Of a DNA stretch of 64,000 nt, positions 56,156-64,000 are shown in pieces; position 1 is the first letter of the stretch, and each line of letters opens with the position of its first letter. This DNA is from an uncultured Planctomycetota bacterium (GTDB lineage Bacteria; Planctomycetota; Planctomycetia; Isosphaerales; Isosphaeraceae), in NCBI GenBank assembly GCA_963737655.1, contig CAVTTN010000002.1:6112001-6176000 (forward strand), given 5' to 3'. The notes under the pieces are model-generated. The model ran no database searches. It was not told the DNA's origin and saw only the letters and a list, made by a program, of their open reading frames with translations. A program made the translations under genes and the position numbers.

Positions 56156-56272
56156 GGGCGGCGTCCTGCGGCGCGAGTCGGGCGGATGGACCAGTCTCGC
56201 CCGCTCCGGCCCGCCATGGTATCGGGAGATCCCCGGGCCCGGACCGGGGCCTTCCCGATCCTCGGCCGGGGC

Positions 56273-56977
56273 TCAGCCCTCGGGCCGGACCAGGCCGATC
56301 CTCACGGCGTAGCGGACCAGCCCGGGGACATCGTGGATGCCCAGGCGATCCATGAGCATCCGTCGGTGGGTCTCGACCGTCTTGGCGCTGACCCCGAGGG
56401 ACCGGGCGATCGCCTTGGTCGTCTGCCCCTCGGCGATCCCCCGGAGGACGTCGCGCTGTCGGGGCGTGAGCCGGTCCTCGGCCGGCTCGTCCGGGCCGGG
56501 GGCGGCGGGCGTCCGGGCCGGGGCCTCGTGGTGGAGATACGTCCCGCCCCGGGCCACCTCGCGGAGGGCCCGGGCCAGGTCCTCGACCTCGGCATCCTTC
56601 GGCAGGAAGCCCGCGGCCCCCGCCTTCTCCGCCTCGCGGACGTAGACCTCGTCCCGGTGCATCGACAGGACGATCACCCGGGTCTCCGGGAACTCGGCGG
56701 CGACCCGCGCCGCCAGTTCCAGCCCGTTGAGACCGGGCATCGCGATATCGGTCAGGAGCACGTCGGGCCGGAGCTCGGCCACCAGGCGGAGGCCCGTCAC
56801 GCCGTCGGCCGCCTCGGCGATGACCTCGACGCCCTCCAGCCCCCGGAGCAGGACGCGGAGGGCGGCGCGAAGCAGGGCGTGGTCGTCGGCCACGACCACG
56901 CGGGTCGGCGGCCCCGGCCCTCCCCCCGAGGGCCCGTAAGGCTCGCGTGCGGATCGCCCCGAGTCGCGATCGCTCAT
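56273..56977 (-). CDS. NarL/LuxR family response regulator
   Basis: 'VVADDH', 'DIAMPGLNG', HTH 'LTPRQRDVL..GQTTKAIA..KTVETHR'. Confidence 0.93.
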   Translation of the reverse strand: MSDRDSGRSAREPYGPSGGGPGPPTRVVVADDHALLRAALRVLLRGLEGVEVIAEAADGVTGLRLVAELRPDVLLTDIAMPGLNGLELAARVAAEFPETRVIVLSMHRDEVYVREAEKAGAAGFLPKDAEVEDLARALREVARGGTYLHHEAPARTPAAPGPDEPAEDRLTPRQRDVLRGIAEGQTTKAIARSLGVSAKTVETHRRMLMDRLGIHDVPGLVRYAVRIGLVRPEG

Positions 56978-57189
56978 GGCACCGCCCCCTTCGTCAGGGA
57001 TGCCGGCCCCATCGCGCCGCTCTCCTGCCCGGCGACGCCTCGGCTCCGGCTATGGAGGCCAGGACGAACGCCCCGGCCTCAAAGGATTTTAACGCGAATG
57101 ATCCTCCACATGCCCAGAAAAAAGAATTTCACCGATCTCAGAATTCCGGCCCCGCGAGACCGGGCCGCGGGGAGGCCGAGGACCGGCGG

Positions 57190-58361
57190 TCACTTCCTCG
57201 CCTTCGCCCCCGACTCCGCCGCCTTCCCGAACGCGCCCGCGCCGCCCCGCCGTCGCCGGGGAACCCCGCGTGCTGGACCAGCCAGACCAGGATCAGCCCT
57301 CGGTCGCGATCGACGTGCATATCCGTCGAATACGCCCCGCCGTGGCCGAACGAATTCCCGCCGACCGACCAGCCCAGCCCGTATCCTTCTTTCACGTCCG
57401 GCCTCGTCTGCTTCTTCGTCATCTCCGCGATCGCCTCGGCCGAGACGTACCGCTTGCCGTCGAGCTCCCCGCCGTTGAGGAGCATCCTCAGGAACTTCGC
57501 CAGGTCCTCGGCCGTCGAGAACAGCCCTCCGGCCGGCATCGGCTGTCGGGAGCGGTCGTCCAGGGGGTACTTGAGCTGGCCGATGGTCGTCTCCTCCAGC
57601 CCGGCCTTCGCCGAGTCCGGCCTGTACGACTTCGCCAACCGGGCGAGCTGGTCCCCGCTCGGCCAGAACGTCGTGTCCTTCATCCCCAGGGGCTTGAACA
57701 GGCGATCGTCAAGAAATTGCTCATAGGGCATGCCCGAGACCACCTCGATGATCCGCCCGGCCGTGTTGATGCCCGCGTTCGAGTATTGATATTTCGCCCC
57801 GGGCTCGGACTGGAGCGGCGTCATCGCGTAGCTCATCGCCCCTTCGCGGAGCGTGAGGAGGTCCAGGGTGGGCCGCTCCATCGCCGAGGAGAACGGCAGG
57901 CCCGAGGTGTGGCTGAGGACCTCGCGGACGGTGATCGGGTGCGACGGCCTCTTCAGGATCACGTAATCCTTGTCGCGAGCGGCCGAGACCCAGAGGTCGC
58001 CGAACTCGGGCAGGAATTTCGCCACCGGGTCGTCCAGCTTCACCTTGCCCTCGTCCACCAGCATCATCAAGGCCGTCGCGGTGATCGGCTTGGACTGCGA
58101 GGCGATCCAGAACAGGGCGTCCCGGGGCATCGCCTTCTTCGCGGCGACGTCCGACCACCCGACCGCGTCGACGCTCACCACGCCGTCCTTGTCCGCCACG
58201 AGGGCGACGGCGCCGGCCAGGACCCCGCGATCGACGTACGGCTTCAAGGCAGACGCGACGGCTTCGGACGATTTCCGCTCCTCCTGGGCGATCGCGGGGG
58301 CCGCGACCATCCCGGCGACGAGGCAGGCCAGAAGCGTTCGGGACGAGGGGGACCGGCTCAT
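57190..58361 (-). CDS. Secreted serine hydrolase (beta-lactamase-related); frameshift near 57240 in the last helix
   Basis: 'IASQSK', 'LSHTSG', 'YSN', 'GGLFST', 'GHGGA'; the repaired C-terminus ends ..GAFGKAAESGAKARK*. Confidence 0.88.
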
Positions 58362-58573
58362 GGGCGGGACTCTCAGGGTTCCAGGGGTGATCGGCGAGTC
58401 TCGCCGAGCATGGCCGCCGGCCGCCGTCGATGCAAGGGACGCGCGGGCGCCGCGACCCCGGTCCGAGGCGGCGGATTGTCCGGCGATCGGCCCCGGTCTA
58501 TGATCGGGGCGAGGGTCGCGAGGGCGCTCGCGGCCCGATCCGGGTCGGTCGGCCGAACCTCCAGGGGCCTCGC

Positions 58574-59673
58574 ATGGCGTCTGTCCCCAGCCCGCGAAGA
58601 CGACGGATCGCCCGGGGCGTGCTCGACGGCCTGGCGGCGGTCGCGGCCCTGGCCGCCGTGGGATGTGTCGCGTTCGTCTTCCAGCCCTTCGGCCGACGGA
58701 CCTGGACGTTCGCCGCGGCCCTGGCGGCGTTCGCCTGGCTGGCCCGGGGGCTCTGCGCCGAGCCCCGGGCCCCTCGCCCGCCCGGGGGATCGGCCGGGCC
58801 CCCCGGGCGACCCTCGCGGGGGGGCTGGCCGTCTGGCTCGGCCTGATCGCCTGGGCGGCGGTCAGCCCCGGAGGGCCGATCCCCCCTCCGAAGGCCGACC
58901 CGACGGCCCTCCGCATCCTGACCTGGAACATCCTCTTCGGCTCCGACGGCGGCCCGCCCTGGGGCCGCAAGGACTGGGCCGTCCGCAAGCTCGCCCTGCG
59001 CGACGCCCTCCGCGCCACGCGGCCGGACCTCCTCTGCGTCCAGGAGGCCCTGGACGGCCAGGTCCGGTTCCTCGAAGCCGAGCTGCCCGGCCACCGCCGC
59101 GAGGGGGTCGGCCGCGACGACGGCCGATCGGCGGGCGAGCACTGCGCCATCTTCTTCGACGCCTCCCGGTTCGACCGGCTCGACGGCGGCACGTTCTGGC
59201 TGGAGGAGCCCTCCGACCGTCCTCCCGGCGGCCCGAGGCTCGGCCCCAAGAGGATCTGCACCTGGGTCCGACTCCGAGACCGGACGACCGGCCGGGCGCT
59301 CCGCCTCTACAACGCCCACCTCTACCTGACCGAGGCGGCGCAGATCCGGGCCGACCGGATCCTCCTGGCGCGGGTCGCCTCGGGAGACCCCGGGGACGAC
59401 GTGTTCCTCGCCGGGGACTTCAACGCCACGCCCGGCTCGCCGAGTCGGAACCTCCTCTCCGACTCGGGGCTCGTTCCGGCGTCTCGGCCCTCGGCCGAGG
59501 CCCCCGACGCGCCGACCTACCAGTTCTACGGCCTCCGCTGGAAGAGCCTCGACGAGATCTACGCGAGCCCGGGCTGGCGCGCCTCGGGGCGGTGGGTCGT
59601 GGACGCGAAGCCGGGGAACAGCTTCCCTTCCGACCATTTCGGCGTCCTCGCCGACCTCGTCCCCCGGCGCTGA
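58574..59673 (+). CDS. Endonuclease/exonuclease/phosphatase (EEP) family protein with N-terminal TMs; frameshift near 58790
   Basis: 'ILTWNI', 'CVQE', 'NAHL', 'GDFNA', 'SDHFGV'. Confidence 0.85.
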
Positions 59674-59770
59674 TCGCCGGCGGCCCGACCCTTCGGCACC
59701 CCCTCCCGGGCTCGGCAAACTCCCGGCCCGGTTCGGTTCGGCCCGCCTCCCTTTCGACCAGGAGTCCTCC

Positions 59771-61531
59771 ATGAGATTCCGAATCGCCCTCGCGGCCGTC
59801 GCCCTCGCGGCCTCTCCGGCCCTCGCCGACGACCCGCCCTCCGACATCCGCGAACTCAAGCTCCGCGACTGGGAGCCGAAGTCGAGGATGGTGACGAAGG
59901 CCACCGCCGTCGATCGGCCGAAATTCCCGGTGATCGACGTCCACAACCACCTCGGCGGGGGCAAGGACCGGCTGACTCCCGAACTCGTCGCCCGATACCT
60001 CCGCGAGATGGACGCCGCCGGGGTCCAGACCGTCGTGAACCTCGACGGCGGCTGGGGCGATCGGCTGGTCGAGACGATCGCCGCCCTCGACTCGGCCCAC
60101 CCCGGCCGCTTCCTCACCTTCGCCCTGATCGACTTCTCCGGGATCGACGACGAGGGCTGGAGCCGGCGAGAAGCCGACCGCCTCGAACAGAGCTTCCGCG
60201 CCGGCGCCCGGGGCCTGAAGTTCCACAAGACGTTCGGCCTGAACGTCCGGTACAGGGACGGCCGGCTCGTCCCCGTCGACGACCCCAAGCTCGACCCGAT
60301 CTGGGACGTCTGCGCCCGCCAGAACCGGCCCGTCCTGATCCACACGGCCGACCCCTCCGCGTTCTTCACCCCGCTCGATCGCTTCAACGAACGCTGGCAT
60401 GAACTCAACCAGAACCCCGGATGGCTGTTCTTCGGCGACAGGTTCCCGAGGCGGCAGGACCTGCTCGACGCCCTCCACCGGGTGATCGCCAACCACCCCG
60501 GGACCACGTTCATCAACACCCACTTCGGCAACAACGCCGAGGACCTGGCGGCCGTCGCGGAGAAGCTCGACAAATACCCCAACATGTTCGTGGACATCGA
60601 CGCGAGGATCTCCGAGCTCGGCCGCCAGCCCTACTCGGCCCGCCGGTTCTTCCTCAAGTATCAGGACCGAATCCTCTTCGGCACCGACACCCCGCCCGAC
60701 CGCAAGGCGTATCGCATCTACTATCGCTTCCTCGAAACGGATGACGAGTACTTCGACTGTTCCGAGAGCCACCATCGCCAGGGATTCTGGAACATCTACG
60801 GGATTTTCCTGCCCGACGAGGTGCTCGAAAAGGTCTACCGCAAGAACGCCGAGCGTCTGCTGGCGATCCCCCCGGCCTCGACGGCCTCGAAGGAGCTTCG
60901 AATCCGCCGGACGGAGGACTTCGAGGTCACCGGCGACGGCTCGGCGGCGGCCTGGGCGAAGGCCGAGTGGACCCCGCTGAGCGGCAAGGGCCGCGGCGAT
61001 CACCCGGAGACTCGCATCAAGGCCCTCTATTCGTCCAGGGGCCTCTACGTGCTGATGGACGCGGCCGACCGCAAGGTGACCTCGACGAAGACCGAGGACT
61101 TCGACAGCCTCTGGCTGGAGGACGTCTTCGAGGTCTTCCTCTGGCCCGACGAGCGCGACCCGATCTATTTCGAGTACGAGATTTCGCCCCGAAACAAGGA
61201 GCTGGCGATCCTCGTGCCGAACCTCGACGGCAAGTTCCTCGGCTGGCGCCCGTGGTTCTACGGAGGCGACCGCAAGACGAAGAAGGCGACCTCGGCCCGA
61301 GGCGGCAAGCTCGAACCGGGGGCCGAAATCACCGGCTGGACCGCGGAAATCTTCCTCCCCTTCGAGCTGCTCCGGCCCCTGAGGAACGTCCCGCCGAAGC
61401 CGGGGACGCGCTGGAGGGGCAATTTCTACCGGGTCGATTACGACGACGGCAAGGCCACCGAATGGGACTGGTCCCGGGTCGGCCCAAGCTTCCACGACTT
61501 CCAACGATTCGGAGTCCTCGTGTTCGAATAA
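59771..61531 (+). CDS. Secreted amidohydrolase fused to a CBM9-like domain
   Basis: AGGAG RBS; 'IDVHNH', 'IHTADP', 'THFG', 'FGTD'; C-terminal 'EDVFEVFL..YFEYEISP..WTAEIFLP..NFYRVD..FH..FG'. Confidence 0.85.
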   Translation: MRFRIALAAVALAASPALADDPPSDIRELKLRDWEPKSRMVTKATAVDRPKFPVIDVHNHLGGGKDRLTPELVARYLREMDAAGVQTVVNLDGGWGDRLVETIAALDSAHPGRFLTFALIDFSGIDDEGWSRREADRLEQSFRAGARGLKFHKTFGLNVRYRDGRLVPVDDPKLDPIWDVCARQNRPVLIHTADPSAFFTPLDRFNERWHELNQNPGWLFFGDRFPRRQDLLDALHRVIANHPGTTFINTHFGNNAEDLAAVAEKLDKYPNMFVDIDARISELGRQPYSARRFFLKYQDRILFGTDTPPDRKAYRIYYRFLETDDEYFDCSESHHRQGFWNIYGIFLPDEVLEKVYRKNAERLLAIPPASTASKELRIRRTEDFEVTGDGSAAAWAKAEWTPLSGKGRGDHPETRIKALYSSRGLYVLMDAADRKVTSTKTEDFDSLWLEDVFEVFLWPDERDPIYFEYEISPRNKELAILVPNLDGKFLGWRPWFYGGDRKTKKATSARGGKLEPGAEITGWTAEIFLPFELLRPLRNVPPKPGTRWRGNFYRVDYDDGKATEWDWSRVGPSFHDFQRFGVLVFE

Positions 61532-61548
61532 TCCAAGGAGAAGTTCCT

Positions 61549-61716
61549 GTAGGGTGCATGAAATGCACCGTTGTGTAGGGTGCATGAAATGCACCAAGCC
61601 CGCGGGGGTTCTCGGCCGCCTTCCTCGTCCTCGTGGGGGCCGTCTCAAGCGCAGGTTGAGGGAATCGGTAGACGGCCCTCGGCCGTCGCGATGTTGGTGC
61701 ATTGCATGCACCCGAC
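61549..61716. repeat. Cluster of GTAG-type REP elements (third family): two direct copies and one inverted copy
   Basis: GTAGGGTGCATGAAATGCACC at 61549 and 61575; inverted degenerate copy TTGGTGCATTGCATGCACCCGAC at 61694-61716. Confidence 0.8.
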
Positions 61717-61751
61717 GGGGTCATTCCCCAGGATGCCCCACAAGAAACCCC

Positions 61752-61780
61752 TTGACGCACGCCGCTTCACCCGCTATCAT
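61752..61780 (+). promoter_or_regulatory. Sigma70-like promoter
   Basis: TTGACG-N17-TATCAT upstream of the AAGGAGG RBS of the 61827 gene. Confidence 0.65.
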
Positions 61781-61826
61781 AGTGTTCGTTAGTCCAGTTT
61801 GGCGGGCAGAAGCAAGGAGGTGGGCG

Positions 61827-62117
61827 ATGACCCCCGATTCCAGTTCGAATCCGACCGTCGATGTGGTCCGATGGACGTTCACGGCCGATCCCGCCCATCG
61901 GGGCGAGATCGAGAGCCACCTGGACGACCTCGGGGCCGACGTGGTGGCCCGGGGCGAGGGGCAGTTCGTGGTCTCGTGGGAAGAGCCCGAGGGCGATCTG
62001 GACGAGGTTTTGGAAGCCCTCTGGGCCCTCAACGGGTCGCCGTTCGAGGTCACTCAGGAGGAGTTCCACCGGGTGGCCATCCACAGCCTGTCTCCGGCCG
62101 AGGCGGACGCGGCCTGA
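61827..62117 (+). CDS. Small acidic hypothetical protein
   Basis: AAGGAGGTG RBS, ATG at 61827, MTPDSSSNPTVDVVRWTF.. Confidence 0.7.
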   Translation: MTPDSSSNPTVDVVRWTFTADPAHRGEIESHLDDLGADVVARGEGQFVVSWEEPEGDLDEVLEALWALNGSPFEVTQEEFHRVAIHSLSPAEADAA

Positions 62118-62156
62118 TCGCTCGCGAGATCGATGGCTTGAGGAGACATCCCGACG

Positions 62157-62918
62157 ATGGACGCGGCCCCCTCGAAGATCGCGATCGTGACCGGCGCCGG
62201 CTCGGGGATCGGACGGGCGGCGGCCCTGGCCCTGCTGGGCGAGGGATACTCCGTCGCCCTCGCCGGCCGGCGGCCCGAGCCGTTGCACGAGACGGCCGCG
62301 CTCGCCGGGTCGGCCGGGGGCCGGGCCCTGGTCGTCCCGGCCGACGTGACCGACGAGACCTCGGTCCTCAACCTGTTCGAAGCGACCCTCCGGGCGTTCG
62401 GCCGGCTCGACCTGCTGTTCAACAACGCCGGGACGAACCTGCCGGCCACCAGCGTCGGCGACCTGACGTTCGAGGGGTGGAAACGGGTCCTCGACGCCAA
62501 TCTGACCGGGGCGTTCCTCTGCTCTCGCGAGGCGTTCCGCCGGATGAAGGCCCAATCGCCCCGAGGCGGGCGGATCATCAACAACGGGTCGATCTCGGCC
62601 TACACGCCCCGGCCGGGCTCGGCCCCCTACACGGCGGCCAAGCACGCGATCACCGGCCTGACCAAGAGCACGGCCCTGGACGGCCGCCCGTTCGACATCG
62701 CCTGCGGCCAGATCGACGTCGGCAACGCCGAGACGCCGATGACCGCGAAGATGAAGGACGGCGTCCCCCAGCCCAACGGCTCCACGGCCGCCGAGCCGAC
62801 GATCGACCCGGCGCTCGTGGCCCGGGCCGTCGTCTACATGGCCAGCCTCCCCCTGGAGGCGAACGTCCTCACCATGACGGTCATGGCCACCAAGATGCCG
62901 TTCGTGGGGCGGGGCTGA
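62157..62918 (+). CDS. SDR family oxidoreductase
   Basis: 'TGAGSGIG', 'NNAG', 'YTAAK', '[11 protein letters not shown]', 'MPFVGRG'. Confidence 0.92.
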   Translation: MDAAPSKIAIVTGAGSGIGRAAALALLGEGYSVALAGRRPEPLHETAALAGSAGGRALVVPADVTDETSVLNLFEATLRAFGRLDLLFNNAGTNLPATSVGDLTFEGWKRVLDANLTGAFLCSREAFRRMKAQSPRGGRIINNGSISAYTPRPGSAPYTAAKHAITGLTKSTALDGRPFDIACGQIDVGNAETPMTAKMKDGVPQPNGSTAAEPTIDPALVARAVVYMASLPLEANVLTMTVMATKMPFVGRG

Positions 62919-62945
62919 AGTTCCGAAAAAAGCCGCACTGCCCCC

Positions 62946-62974
62946 TTGCATGCGTTCGGCGACACCATTAGAAG
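62946..62974 (+). promoter_or_regulatory. Putative sigma70-like promoter of ncRNA copy 1
   Basis: TTGCAT-N17-TAGAAG; hexamers and spacing are conserved in copy 2 while the spacer sequence diverges. Confidence 0.55.
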
Positions 62975-62998
62975 AGTCCTGCTCTCGACGAGAGGCAA

Positions 62999-63252
62999 GG
63001 GTCCGGGAGGACAGGTCTAGCTCGGTGCCCTGCACCGGGGCGGCGTTGCGCCGCCCGAGCGTTCGGCCGGTCATGCGTCACAACGAAGGCTGTTTCAGAC
63101 TCGCTTCTCGGGGGAATTACCCCACCGGGGCCTGCGGGTCTGGAGCAACCCCGCCGATCGGGGTTCCGCAGGCCCCGGTGGGGTAATTCCCCCGGCGAGT
63201 CCGAGAGCCTTCGATGTCCCAGGTCTTGAAGTAGAGCGGCCTCCCCGACCCC
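62999..63252 (+). ncRNA. Retron msr-msd-like ncRNA, copy 1
   Basis: Outer imperfect IR GGGTCCGGGAGG..TCTA / TAGA..CCTCCCCGACCC; candidate branch G63020; stem-loops 63023-63037 and 63038-63056; long hairpin 63084-63213 with a perfect 29-bp stem. Confidence 0.7.
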
Positions 63253-63261
63253 GATTCCGTG

Positions 63262-63296
63262 CGAGGCGGGCCGGACTCTCCCTCCGGCCCGCCTCG
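63262..63296 (+). terminator. GC-rich 14-bp hairpin downstream of ncRNA copy 1 (no U-tract; terminator or processing stem)
   Basis: CGAGGCGGGCCGGA-CTCTCCC-TCCGGCCCGCCTCG. Confidence 0.4.
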
Positions 63297-63353
63297 TCTC
63301 GGGTCGATTTTCGACGAGTCGAGATGAAGTTTGACGAAATTCGGACGGGGCCC

Positions 63354-63382
63354 TTGCATGCGTGTCCCGGCATCATTAGAAG
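63354..63382 (+). promoter_or_regulatory. Putative sigma70-like promoter of ncRNA copy 2
   Basis: TTGCAT-N17-TAGAAG, 408 bp after the first. Confidence 0.55.
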
Positions 63383-63405
63383 AGTCCTGCGCTCGACGAG
63401 AGCAA

Positions 63406-63660
63406 GGGGTCCGGGAGGAGAGGTCTAGCTCGGTGCCCTGCACCGGGGCGGCGTTGCGCCGCCCGAGCGTTCGGCCGGTCATGCGTCACAACGAAGGCTG
63501 TTTCAGACTCGCTGACCGGGGTGATCACGACCCCTACGGCGGCGGGTCTGGAGCAACCCCGCCGATCGGGGTTCCGCCGCCGTAGGGGTCGTGATCACCC
63601 CGGCGAGTCCGAGAGCCTTCGATGTCCCAGGTCTTGAAGTAGAGCGACCTCCCCGACCCC
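63406..63660 (+). ncRNA. Retron msr-msd-like ncRNA, copy 2
   Basis: Same architecture as copy 1 (offset 408 bp); candidate branch G63428; perfect 30-bp stem 63516-63545/63574-63603 with a different sequence. Confidence 0.7.
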
Positions 63661-63667
63661 GATTCGT

Positions 63668-63706
63668 CGCGGGGCGGGCCGGACTCTCCCTCCGGCCCGC
63701 CTCGCG
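63668..63706 (+). terminator. GC-rich hairpin downstream of ncRNA copy 2
   Basis: CGCGGGGCGGGCCGGA-CTCTCCC-TCCGGCCCGCCTCGCG (one G-T pair). Confidence 0.4.
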
Positions 63707-63758
63707 TCGGGTCGAACTGCCCGACACGTCTCCCGACCTTCGAGGCGAGGAACCGGCC

Positions 63759-64000
63759 GTGAGCACCTCGATCCGCCTGGACGAAGTCCGTCGGGCCCTG
63801 GAGGCGAGGGACCCGGCCCTGATCGACCTCGTCGTCGAGCTCGCCGGGTCGAGCGACCCGGAGCCCGAGACCCCGATCCGCGAGGGCGCGCCGACCTTCG
63901 CGAAATTCCTGGCCGAGACCCGCTCCCAGGACTTCCGCCGCAAGCCCCGACCCGAGCAGGGCATCGAGCGCCAGGCGAAGCTCAAGGCCCTGGAATCGCC
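63759..64000 (+). CDS. 5' part of a gene running off the window; candidate retron-associated protein
   Basis: GAGG RBS, GTG at 63759, open to the end: MSTSIRLDEVRRALEARDPALIDLVVELAGSSDPEPETPIREGAPTFAKFLAETRSQDFRRKPRPEQGIERQAKLKALES..; absent from the ORF track. Confidence 0.7.
   Translation, partial: MSTSIRLDEVRRALEARDPALIDLVVELAGSSDPEPETPIREGAPTFAKFLAETRSQDFRRKPRPEQGIERQAKLKALES

Noticed and set aside
1830..59673. Pseudogenes or programmed frameshifting
   Set aside because: Many unrelated genes share the same single-base-loss pattern with intact motifs on both sides; sequencing error is more parsimonious
62999..63252. SRP RNA or 6S RNA (CGGTGCCCTG.ACC and CAGGTC..GAAG superficially resemble long SRP RNA; the closed rod shape resembles 6S)
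   Set aside because: No GNRA-capped helix 8 with a CAGG/AGCA loop. A perfect 29-30-bp stem and two adjacent 5' stem-loops fit msr-msd better. An Rfam scan would settle it
62950..63585. Short ORFs within the repeat (62950-63186, 63331-63585, 63117-63482, 63095-63376)
   Set aside because: Differences between the copies follow base-pair compensation rather than codon conservation; no RBS and no protein-like composition
62941..63715. CRISPR array or guide-RNA (omegaRNA-like) reading of the repeat with variable segments
   Set aside because: Units are 408 bp and the variable segment is locked in a perfect intramolecular duplex rather than being a free spacer; no cas, tnpB or iscB gene is in the window
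1..64000. tRNA, rRNA, transposase, integrase, prophage or reverse transcriptase genes
   Set aside because: None recognisable by eye in the window; not confirmed by any tool

Overview
High-GC window from a planctomycete, probably Isosphaeraceae-like. This is inferred from DUF1559, DUF1552/DUF1592-type genes, 'LExRxL' N-terminal export motifs and ECF sigma + Ser/Thr kinase pairs. Contents in order: an organic/sugar-acid catabolic operon (1-8.5 kb); a beta-propeller phosphoesterase; two ECF-sigma/kinase modules; a YceI-ABC-methyltransferase operon; serine hydrolases; a DUF1552/DUF1592-cytochrome c/HMA cluster; a PEP-CTERM protein; two very large extracellular repeat proteins (~1,300 and ~3,770 aa after frameshift repair); GH18; ybaK; orphan response regulators; three unrelated REP-like palindrome families. 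About 14 genes or segments are broken by apparent 1-nt deletions, mostly in G/C runs, most likely sequencing errors. The most notable feature is at the right end (62.94-63.72 kb): two tandem ~408-bp non-coding cassettes. Each has its own promoter-like element and a complete retron msr-msd-like architecture (a2/a1 inverted repeats, a TAG branch-G context, two short stem-loops, one long hairpin). The copies are near-identical except in the 29-30-bp hairpin stem, where 11 of 20 core positions differ and every change is compensated. An ORF starts just downstream and runs off the window. No reverse transcriptase is visible in the window, so the retron call is an inference.
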